Shown: positions 9,831-20,548 of the stretch, in pieces
Layout of the letters: each line of letters starts with the position of its first letter
Numbering within the stretch: the first letter of the stretch is position 1
From: Ginkgo biloba
Taxonomy: Eukaryota; Plantae; Ginkgophyta
Direction: 5' to 3'
Length of the DNA stretch: 21,794 nt
Assembly: GCA_024626585.2 (NCBI GenBank)
Contig: JANKJI020000002.1
Location: 39,496,262 to 39,518,055, forward strand
The notes under the pieces: model-generated
The model's database searches: none
What the model saw: only the letters and a program-made list of their open reading frames with translations
Told to the model about the DNA's origin: nothing
Made by a program: the position numbers and the translations under genes

Positions 9831-12800
9831 ATTGTTAAATACCGATTTAAGCTAACCCTATTATTGTGGGAATTAATTTGATTACTATTGTAAATATTTT
9901 ATCTTAATATATTATTGACACTTGAATTAGTATTTATTTATATATTATCCATGTTTTCTTAACTAAATTGGACTATAATTAAATGTAAAAATTCCCTCCA
10001 CCTACCTCTATGTTTAATGTCTTTCATTAGACAAAACCTAATTTTTGGGGTCAATTTTTCTTTCTTCAAGTCAGTCATAAACCTAGGTAACAGACCTAAG
10101 TGATCACTTTAAGGCATCAAATTTGATCCTTATGGATGAAAATTTTGTTTTATTATTTTATAAAAAATCATGGGTTTTTTAGTTTACATTGGATTTTATA
10201 TGCTTATTTCATTAAGTGGTTAATTTATAATTCATGAAAATCCTAAACCTAATTTAACAATTTTGCTATACGAAAGAATAAATTAAGTGTTTAAAGATAT
10301 TTTCATTCTTAAATTAAATAAAAAAATAAATGTATAATACATTAACATGTTAGGTATAATTAAAAATGCATAATAAAATAAGATCAACTCATAAAATTTC
10401 AAATGGAAATAAATAGCCATATCACTACATTTAAAGATTAAATCATAAATTATGTCAAGTCCTCATTATTGAAACATTAGAAAGTGTATGAATCATATAT
10501 AAAAGATAAATATCCAATACATCATGTCCTCAAATACTTTTTTAAAAAGCATCTATGTTCGTGACCTGGAACTATTAGGCCCATGATGGCCTTTGTGTTA
10601 TTTATGGGCATGATCCATCTCTTGCTCTATAGATAGTATAAACATATTACCCCTATTATCCATCCTCATAATCTATGCCAAGTCTTGTGTAAAAAAATAA
10701 TAGTCAACTTGTATCCCCATCTAAAATATCACCCCTTAGAGAGCTAAAACTAGAAAGAGTTAAATTTAGAAGCCCATCCATATAAAAAAATGTAGCTTCT
10801 ACTATCATAATAGTACTAGTAACACCTTAAAATCCCATGGCCATATCACTTATGACATCATAAATTCCGTTCATTATCATTCCCTCGATCATAAGATAAA
10901 TAATATAGGTTATAAGTAGAACTAACAGATTGCATGGTGTCTTAAGATTCTCACCACCACCTGTCCAACTCAAATTCAAACTATTAGCAAATTCCTCCTA
11001 AATGACTTGTTAAAATGATGCTTCCCTTTCTTATTTTTATAAAAAAACATTAAAAAATCACTTTTTAAATCAAGTAATTTTAATTTATAATGTTAAAATA
11101 TAATAAAAAGTGGTTATTATGCTAAGGCTATGTTAACTTGAATAAAATTATTTAGGCTTACTATTCATGTCATGAAGTTCATCCCATGCTTTCATTACTA
11201 CCAAAGGGAAAGTTCATTAAGTATCCTCATTAAGAAACAAAAAAAGAAATTAACAAAAGAGATAATTTTTTTACATTTTATGGGAATAGATAATTGAATG
11301 GATATCCAACAACCCAAGAAGATATAAGATGTTGAAGAATGAGCCCACATTATTATCAATAAAAAATATACAAGTTGTTTCCTATAAAAATATTTTACAA
11401 GTAACTATAATACTTTTTTAGTTATTTAGTTAATTTAATTTCACTTCTTTTCATTTTATAATTTTAGAAATTAATTTCACCCATAAGTTGTTAGGTGNNN
11501 NNNNNNNNNNNNNNNNNNNNNNNNNNNNNNNNNNNNNNNNNNNNNNNNNNTTTAGGAATTCATCCATAATATGAGTGCCCAATGGGATTCTATGTTGACA
11601 TTAAAAATTATCTTTAGTTAGTGGGAATTACTAAGGGCCTAGGTCAAATACCTATTAGCTTGAATTATCCTCTAAGAATAATTAAACTTAGAAGAGTCTC
11701 TATGGATGTAAATATTTTCTCCTAAAAGATATTATATTCAAATTTTTAAAAATAATTCAATGTCTATTTATTACCATATAAACCTCCATTCCATTATTTT
11801 TCCCACTAAAAGTATTAAGTATTAATCATATATTAAGAGATGTTATATTTGGGGAGAAGTTACTAATAGAATGAGAAATTTAGACTCATGAGACCTGTTA
11901 TAGTTTAAGGGATGGTAAGATATGAAGTTATAGGGCCTAACCTTCACTATTTTAAGGAGTGGTAAGGAGTGATTTTTTTCCATGCATATGTGAGGGTGTA
12001 ACATACCAAATGGGAAGTAACTAATAATAATTAGATAATGAAATCACTCAACTTATAAACATATCAAATCGCAAGCAATCATCTTATAAATAGATGATAA
12101 TGTCACTAAGATTAAAATTAATAGTCAATCACTTTCAGGATGAGTCTATGAAGAAAGATAAGAAAATGTATAATANNNNNNNNNNNNNNNNNNNNNNNNN
12201 NNNNNNNNNNNNNNNNNNNNNNNNNNNNNNNNNNNNNNNNNNNNNNNNNNNNNNNNNNNNNNNNNNNNNNNNNGAACTTTCTTCCTAAGAAGAGTTTTCC
12301 TTTGAAATATTGAATTAGAAAGATGATGATGATTTGATGATGAAATGGAAATAATGTTGGACCTTATATACTCCAAATTATTATGACTTACTTATAGATC
12401 ACTCTAAGTTACTTGGTGGTTTTTATTAAGTACCATAGTATGCTATAGTATAAATAACTCAAGTTCTTGAGATCTAGCTCCTATAGAGAGTTGTTTTAAG
12501 CTAAAATAATGATTATATATGCTTAACTCGAATGCTTCTTAGATTAGCTCCTTTTTACCCTTAGTTTTATCTTAAATATCTAATAGAGGATTAGAATTAT
12601 AAAGTGATATATGATTGAGTGCATCATTTATAATTATTTAGATTATACTTAGAGATAAATAATTAAGGCTTGAGTTAGTAAGACTAATAATTCATCAAGC
12701 CCTAAATTCCCTCTTTATTTTGTAAGTGAGGGAGAAATATTGAGGATTGTGAATTAGATATTTAGTATGATTTGTAAATAATTCTTATTAATTGAGGTTT

Positions 12801-13102
12801 ATGAAGGACATGGAGAATCACCTCTATTCAACATGAATCTGAACCTTCATAGATAAAGTATTTGTATATAGGAATATCAATCTACTAGTTAATTTTTTCA
12901 TACTTATTTATCATCCCTAATTAATCTAGAAAAATATATAGAAACCATTTTAAAACCAAGCACTATTTATACTAAGGAGTGACCTCATGGTCCCACTTGA
13001 TATTTTATTTTGACCAAATTTCATCCTCCTTTCCATTGTCAAAGTCATAGTACCCATTATTAAGCATGTTGTCTTATGGCATGTCTCAACATGCACTAAT
13101 TT

Positions 13103-13532
13103 TAATATGTATAGAATTAAAGGGTTGTTAAATAGTTACCCAAGAGAATGAAAGAATAAATATTATGACATGAATTTAAATTTGACCAAGGAGAAAGTCA
13201 TAATAACTAAGATAAATAAAAATATTCAAGAAAAAATAAAAACAACAAGACAATAGCAGTAATGGGATCTACTCTTCAATTAACAAAACCTCTCACAATG
13301 AGAATGAATTGATTATGTTATTTTATATTAAGTCTTATTATAATAATATTAATTAGGAAACCTTATTCCCAAATGATAAATAAATGGTGATTATCCACTA
13401 TGCACAAAATAGCTAATAAAGAATTAGATAATTAAAGAATTATTTTATCCTAGATAATTAATTACTCACAATAATAAATATTTACTAGGTACATAATTAT
13501 CCTTAGTTATATAAATTTATAATAAATAATGT
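13103..13532 (-). repeat. 3' LTR (partial, runs into N gap 13533-13770)
   Basis: Collinear diverged copy of 16615-16977 with indels. The outer boundary is uncertain (about 13103-13166) and the inner ~35 bp fall in the gap. Confidence 0.8.
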
Positions 13533-14029
13533 NNNNNNNNNNNNNNNNNNNNNNNNNNNNNNNNNNNNNNNNNNNNNNNNNNNNNNNNNNNNNNNNNNNN
13601 NNNNNNNNNNNNNNNNNNNNNNNNNNNNNNNNNNNNNNNNNNNNNNNNNNNNNNNNNNNNNNNNNNNNNNNNNNNNNNNNNNNNNNNNNNNNNNNNNNNN
13701 NNNNNNNNNNNNNNNNNNNNNNNNNNNNNNNNNNNNNNNNNNNNNNNNNNNNNNNNNNNNNNNNNNNNNNAAGATTACCTAATGCATTATTCCAACTAAG
13801 AAAAATATAGCCTTGTGTTGAAGGACTATAAAAGTAATTACCAATCAAGGGATACCTAGAGAAAGTAAGTTCCTTATTATGTTGATGAAATATATAGTCT
13901 TCATATCTACTAAAAAATATGGTAAAATCAACAATAAGGCAAATTGTCATGATGTGTTAGCAAGAGGCTTCCCTTACTTCAACTAAACTATACTTGTAAG
14001 AGAAGGTAGTCAATGTGCAATGACATCCT

Positions 14030-14352
14030 TATTCAAGTAATAACCATTTGTCCTAAAGTTATAAATAGAATACTTATTGACCAAGAATGGTTTACCTAAT
14101 ATCATATCTCAACAATCCATATGAACCACGTTACAAGTTATCCCATAAAGAAAGGATTGAATAGCAAAGTGAATAATGTGAATCATATCCACCTAATTAT
14201 GATAGCTACTTATACTAACCCAACCCAAAGTGTATGAATGGGAAGTTGAATATCCCTTAACACTATAAATAAATGAGGTTATTTATACTCCCATTATCAA
14301 AGATCAAGGAGATCATATAATCCCTAACCTGAGATCTTTGGACAAAGAGATA
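14030..14352 (-). pseudogene. Degenerate aspartic protease, CRM-like
   Basis: REYLFVQRSQVRDYMISLIFDNGSINNLI (catalytic-position D at 14296-14298), HSYTLGWV, TCNVVHMDC*DMILGKPFL. These match the CRM-type pattern IIDSGSxxNL..HPxPYxLxW..CDVVPMDxCxxLLGRPW. Confidence 0.85.
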
Positions 14353-14479
14353 CTCTCTACTTATCAAAGGTGAAACTATATTGGTGAGGACTAAGGTCAT
14401 ATCAACCTATATCTATGCCTATAAATCGACCATATTCTCCTCAACCTATCATACAAATATTTTTTTTTCCTTCCTCAAA

Positions 14480-15210
14480 CCCTTATTCTTTGGGTTTAAG
14501 TATCACTCCTCTATGGTATGTCCATAACACTTGTAAATATTGTAGTACTTGGTTTGATCCATAATCTTATCATTCCCCCTATTACTTGAGTGTTTTTATT
14601 CTCTCCTAGATGCAAAAGAGATATAATATGATCCATTACCATACTATGAGTTATAGAAGGAACAATAGGTAGTGGTCCTAGAAGAAGGAATTTGTTGTCT
14701 AATCTTCTTCTCCACCTTTAAAGCATAATTGTAGGCTTTCTCCAAATTGCCAATAGTTATCAAATCAAGCTCCTATTGGTAGGCTAAGAAAATTCCACTA
14801 ATAAAATTGATATCTAATATCTTGTTACTATCTTCCACACTTAGTTTGATATATAGTTTATCAAACTCATCGATGTACTCCTATAGAGATCAAACTGCAA
14901 GTTGGAGTAAATGCAACCACTGTTTTATGAGTACTTTATGTAGTCGATAGGGTAAAACTTCCCATGGAGAGTTTATTTCATGTCCTCTTATGAACTCACT
15001 AGGGCTTGGTATATATGTTATGTTCGTATTCAAAGAGAATCCCACTAAATAAGAGAATGATTAGTCATTTTAAGTTTTATAAATAGGAAACAATGCTTGT
15101 CCCCATATCCTTAAGTCTCAAAATACACCTACAAATAACAAATCCATTCATAAACCTATCTACATCTATGGTTCCATAAAAAAGGACCAAATTAATCTTT
15201 GTATCCATAT
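14480..15210 (-). pseudogene. gag: Degenerate gag (Retrotrans_gag-like region plus eroded zinc knuckle)
   Basis: KINLVLFYGTIDVD..EWICYL*VYF..KLKMTNHSLI*WDSL..S*EDMK*TLHGKFYPIDY..QWLHLLQ...SL*EYIDEFDKL..FISGI. At 14503-14544, YNIYKCYGHTIEE* has exact CX2CX4HX4C spacing with the three Cys positions changed to Y, Y and stop. Confidence 0.85.
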
Positions 15211-16599
15211 TGATCATCATCTTAGTATTCTTGGTAGAAGGCTAAGATTATTAAGAAGGAGAAGAGGATCCTCCATAGGAAATAGTATATTATAGATCTA
15301 GGTTCATATCCATGAGGTATGAGTGTCATTGAAAAACCTTAGTTGTTTATAACTATAGATTAGTAGTTTGTTATTTTATAAGTATAATGTCTTTAAAGGG
15401 AAGAACAATAGGAGTAGTATATACCTTGTTCTTAGCAATGATAACCTATGAAAAAAATGAATACTATCCAAGCATGAGTAGTTATTATGGCCAAAATAAA
15501 ATGAGAAAAAATATTTAGCAAAAAGGGGATTATATAATAGAAGAAGAAATTATAAATGGAATGTGATAATATAAAAAAAAAATCAATCTCTAAGATGCAA
15601 GTTTTCTACGAATTTTAATTAAACAACCATGGGCCTAATGAACTACTACACTAGGATGAAATTTTTTTANNNNNNNNNNNNNNNNNNNNNNNNNNNNNNN
15701 NNNNNNNNNNNNNNNNNNNNNNNNNNNNNNNNNNNNNNNNNNNNNNNNNNNNNNNNNNNNNNNNNNNNNNNNNNNNNNNNNNNNNNNNNNNNNNNNNNNN
15801 NNNNNNNNNNNNNNNNNNNNNNNNNNNNNNNNNNNNNNNNNNNNNNNNNNNNNNNNNNNNNNNNNNNNNNNNNNNNNNNNNNNNNNTAAAAATAATACCC
15901 ATAAGTGTAACTTAGGGTTAAAAAAATATTAGAAAAATAAATAGTGGACAGTGGAGACTATAGTTTCCTGTGTTCCTTTATAATAAATTACACAACCTAC
16001 ATAAGGCAAGGAAAAGGTTGAGAGTTGGAAATAAGATCAAGAAAAGGTGACCCCACTTGTGAAATTCTTTAAACAAGAAAATAAGCTACAAAATAAAGCA
16101 ATGAAGTGTTGTAAGTGAAAATATAAATGATAATTTTTAGAAAAGACATTGATATATATTAAGGATCTACTAAGTTAGAGAAAAAAATAGTGGAATTACG
16201 AGGCTATGGATAGCCACAAAAGAGGTTTCCCTACCCTGAGCAAGTTGTGAGAGAAAAAAATATAGCAAAAAATGGTGTTAAATTATTGTAAAAAGATAAT
16301 GAAGACTAAACCTTGAGAAAATTCTAATGAGTTCTAGAGAGAAATGAGGGAGTTGAAACATTGTAGGATACCTTACAAGAGGTCACCCTACCTTTTAGAA
16401 TTCGTAGACACTTTAGTACAAGTCTGAGAGAAAACTATTATAGAGAAAAATACGGTGGTTTTGGGGGAAAGAGTAGTTTAAGAAACTAGTAAAAAAGACC
16501 TTAAACAAAATGCATGCAACACTAAAATCATAAACCAAAACCAATGAAACTAATTAACCTGGAAACTTCAATTGTTATAAAATTTAGACCTATAAATGA

Positions 16600-16612
16600 G
16601 GCTCTAAAACCA
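16600..16612 (-). promoter_or_regulatory. Primer-binding site complementary to initiator tRNA-Met
   Basis: Minus strand TGGTTTTAGAGCC versus canonical TGGTATCAGAGCC (11/13 match), 2 nt after the LTR-terminal CA. Confidence 0.8.
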
Positions 16613-16614
16613 AT

Positions 16615-17010
16615 TGATATGAACTAAAGAAAATTGTTACTAAACAACGACTCAAGAGAATACAAGAAGAAGTCATAATAATTAATAGAAATAAAAAGAT
16701 TCGAGAAAAAATGAAAATAATGAGACAACAAAAGCAATAGGATCTACTCTGCTATGAACAAAAATATCACTATGAGAATGAATTGATTGTATTATTTTAG
16801 AGTAAATCCTATTCGTAAATGAGAAATAGATGATGATTAGTGAGTGAGCACAAAATATCCAATTGATAATTAGATAATAAAGAAATTATCCTATTTTAAA
16901 TAATTATTTACTCGCAATAATAAATATTTACTAAGTGCATCACCATCCTTAGCTATATAAATTTATAATAAAGAAGGTGATTAATAATTAAATCCTTAAT
17001 GTGTATTACA
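16615..17010 (-). repeat. 5' LTR (396 bp)
   Basis: Minus strand starts TGTAATACAC (17010) and ends ATATCA (16615), with the PBS 2 nt later. It shares blocks with 13103-13532 such as AAGTCATAATAA, GGATCTACTCT, ATGAGAATGAATTGATT, CAATAATAAATATTTACTA and TATATAAATTTATAATAAA. Confidence 0.85.
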
Positions 17011-17059
17011 GGAAGATTTGCAGAGCTAAATGCATAACAAATCAAGTTTAAAGACAAAA

Positions 17060-17420
17060 TTGGTAGTTTGGTCCCCACCCCTAATTTCCACATAATTTAC
17101 CATTATATGTTCAAATGGCCACCATCTATTCAAACTCTTAGAGGAATCCCCAATCATCTTTGTGCCAAGTTATATGATTAGGTTTAGTACAACCTTTCAA
17201 CATTTTCTTCCTATGTCCTTCCACAACAACACCACATTCTTTTGTTAGTCAAAGAATATGTGAATCGTCTCCCTCAATAAGGATTTATTCCCTCAAATAT
17301 TGTATACCTTAATAGATTCCTATTGACCCAGATATATTGAGAACAACCTAAAACACACTTGAAGACCCTTCTTAATGAGGCTCCACCACCTTGAAGAATT
17401 TCTCGTAATCTTTAAGAATC
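17060..17420 (-). mobile_element. Possible decayed LINE ORF2 C-terminal (zf-RVT-like) remnant
   Basis: Minus strand ETIHIFFD*QKNVVLLW near 17220-17272 resembles ETxxHLFFxCxxxxxxW. Only one motif supports it. Confidence 0.25.
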
Positions 17421-18642
17421 CTAGTAGTAACTTTAGGGGATATTTAAAGGTGGGTTAATATAGATTTGATCTAAGATCCAAATTCCTTAAATAGGAATGA
17501 TCTTAAATGTTGGCATATCCCTTCTTTGAAAAATGATTAATTAGATATATATTTGCATAAAATTTATAATTAATGAGCCAGACCCCATAAGCAATAGTAG
17601 TTAACCCCATCAATAAGATTTATTACGGGATTGGATATTAGACACATTTAGCATATATATTATAAAAATATTTATTTTTNNNNNNNNNNNNNNNNNNNNN
17701 NNNNNNNNNNNNNNNNNNNNNNNNNNNNNNNNNNNNNNNNNNNNNNNNNNNNNNNNNNNNNNNNNNNNNNNNNNNNNNNNNNNNNNNNNNNNNNNNNNNN
17801 NNNNNNNNNNNNNNNNNNNNNNNNNNNNNNNNNNNNNNNNNNNNNNNNNNNNNNNNNNNNNNNNNNNNNNNNNNNNNNNNNTATTTCGGGGTTACTAGCT
17901 CACTTGAAAGAAATCTTCAAACAAGTAATAGACTTGCAAACCTGGGTAACAACTAAAAATACATGGAAAAAAAAAATACAAATACATATAAAATGAATTT
18001 ATTTGTCAATTTATCCTTTTCCCTGAAATAGATTGAATAAGAGTTAATTCCAATGTGTTTTCTCTCTTTCTTATTATTCATAGGTGATTATTGTGCCATA
18101 GGAGGAGATCTTACATTTTTCTTAAGAAAATTATTAAAGGACTAAAGATGATGATAGGATTTTGTTATAAAGAGTAGATATAGGAATGTGGATTCATCAA
18201 CTGACTAGGAATCATTATCCATTTTCCTTAAGTTTATTTTCTATTAAATCCCATGAACTTTCTTTATCTTTTTTTAAGTTTTCCTATATTTCCTTTGAAT
18301 TTTTATATTTTCAAAATTAGGGTATGTAAATAGTAAACACATGAATAAAAAAATTTAAGAAAACACATATAGATCCTTTATCAATGAATTTAAAACAAAT
18401 CTCTATCAAATTTTTTACTTTCTAGGATAAAAATGCAATGCACATCATATTAAATTTATATTAAAAAAATAAATTTGATTCAAGTTAATATGTATTCCAA
18501 GTTATTTTTGCCCTTAGAATCACATAACAATTCTACATTAAATATACCTATATGAAATATCAACTATAAAAAAAAATTGAATTAACAGATTCTTATTTTA
18601 ACTCCTAAAATGATTCAAATATTATTTGCAAATTAGGCACAT

Positions 18643-19080
18643 TTTTTTTTACAAGTAAAGAAATGAAATTTCATTAATCATAAAATACAAATGATACAAA
18701 GGATAAATATCTCGCTTATTTAATACATGGTATGCTTGGGTATATTTAAATTCATAATATCAGAAATCATGCCCTGCTTACTTTCAATTATGAAGACAGA
18801 GGGAGATACTCAAACAAATTGGCCAGAGATTCCAACAAACCTACGTGGATGCCCCACATAGCTCTACCTTATCGATAACAAAGTAAAATGGATGGGAGAT
18901 CCTACCTGCCACTTTTGTACTATGGAATGGTGACCCATCTCGCCTCTATAAATGTTATTTTCCCTAGACCTTTCTTCTGCACATAGCAATCCAAAAAACT
19001 CCAATGGGTGAATTATGCCTACAAATCCCCACCATTGATACCCTTAGTCGTAGCAACACTCCACTAGTTGAACCTCCTCT
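18643..19080 (-). mobile_element. Possible 5'-truncated LINE or other retroposed 3' end with short poly(A)
   Basis: Minus strand ends ...TTGTATTTTATGATTAATGAAATTTCATTTCTTTACTTGTAAAAAAAA, a 3' UTR, polyadenylation-like signal and A-tail pattern. The segment is more GC/CpG-rich than its flanks. No TSD or protein motif found. Confidence 0.35.
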
Positions 19081-20548
19081 TAATATATATGAACAAAAAG
19101 GACAATTATCATGACAGAGAGAGACAAAACTCCTTTATAGAATCTGAATTTACTTTCTTTGTTTGACTTATTCCTACCTATTTCATAAGTGAAAATAGAG
19201 GCATTGCCTATAGTCTACCTACTCACCCTCCAAATCCTAAGTAATCAAAATCTAAACCTGCTAGGAATAATGTTTAATTTATTAGTCATTATTTCTAACA
19301 TTTATTTTTCCTAAGTTGAAGTTAGCACATTATTGAGGGTTTGAGAATCATACACTTTTATAACTCCCAAATCCATGTGTCATTCTTTTTGTAGGTATCC
19401 TCCTTTTATTTATTTTTTATTATTTCCTCACATGCATATTTGTGAGGTTTCATTTTATAAATTATAACTCCTCCTTCTTACATTCTCATCCGCTTGTATA
19501 AACAGGTTCATTTCTACTCCACTCTCAATTTGGAATGAGAGTGAATTTGGAGTAGTTGTCTCATAGTTATTTTGTGAGATTTTTGTCACCTATTTTTTTA
19601 ATAATACAAGAAGCCATTCTTGCATAAGTCTTCATGTTTTTTTTATGTTATGAATCTTATAATTTTGTCTCCAATTTCTCCTAAAATTCTTAACACAGTA
19701 TCATAGCCTTCTGGTACTTAAAGTTATGGTGTTGTTGTTATGGTTTGGTTGTAGTTCTATGGTTGTACTCTCTATTTGGCAAGTTACAGGTGTTGTTGAG
19801 CATACTTTTATGGTGGTTGTATTACTATTGCAAAAAATCATTATATTTTCTATTGTTGTCGAGAAGGGCATACCGAAAATTTAGCTTTCTTGTGCTCTTT
19901 TTAAATTTATGTTTCCTATGGGAAATATCCAATCCTTAAAAAAAGTATTGTTGGTGAAGAACCCTATTATGCTCAACTTGATAACCATTATCCATCAATA
20001 TGAGATTGCCTGCAATAGTTTGGTTTGGGAGTTCAAAATTGTTAGATAAATATTTTTTATAAGTCAGAGGATTTAAATCATTTTGAAAGAGATTTTGTGT
20101 CCTCTTATGAGTTAGGTGAAGTCTCTATTTACCACATGTCCTTCAATTTATCTCTATTTTTAGCAATTGTATGAAGCTAGACAACGTGATTGTTGATGAG
20201 GCATTTCACACACATGTATATAGAAATGTTAGTGCAGGTGCATCATGGTTGCACACTAATAGCTTACACAATTATGGCCTATCGATGTAGATAATACAAC
20301 ATCTAGAGTGAACCCTGGACATCTTACCTATTTTATATTTTTTGGCCAAGTTATGGCTTTGGGCTATAATGCACATGGTAGAAATTGATATAGTTTTATA
20401 CTCTCACATTCTTCATGCAATTGGTTAAAAAATCTATTTTATGGGAAGNNNNNNNNNNNNNNNNNNNNNNNNNNNNNNNNNNNNNNNNNNNNNNNNNNNN
20501 NNNNNNNNNNNNNNNNNNNNNNNNNNNNNNNNNNNNNNNNNNNNNNNN

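Larger units (their letters stand above)
13103..17010 (-). mobile_element. Old CRM-like chromovirus (Ty3/gypsy) element with both LTRs, PBS, gag and protease; RT/RH/IN not seen
   Basis: Diverged direct repeats at about 13103-13532+ and 16615-17010 flank a PBS, a long leader, gag, a zinc knuckle and protease, all on the minus strand in canonical order. No TSD identified. Confidence 0.85.

Noticed and set aside
2163-15902. ORF-track entries containing long X runs (2163, 3353, 3393, 6348, 6368, 12094, 12146, 13507, 13529, 15629, 15651)
   Set aside because: Their length comes from reading through N gaps.
17011-17015. GGAAG as target-site duplication of the 13103-17010 element
   Set aside because: No matching 5-mer at either candidate left boundary (13103 or 13166).
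20320-20335. Minus-strand AG/GTAAGA splice-donor-like site
   Set aside because: The upstream sequence shows no coding character or acceptor site, and the motif is expected by chance.
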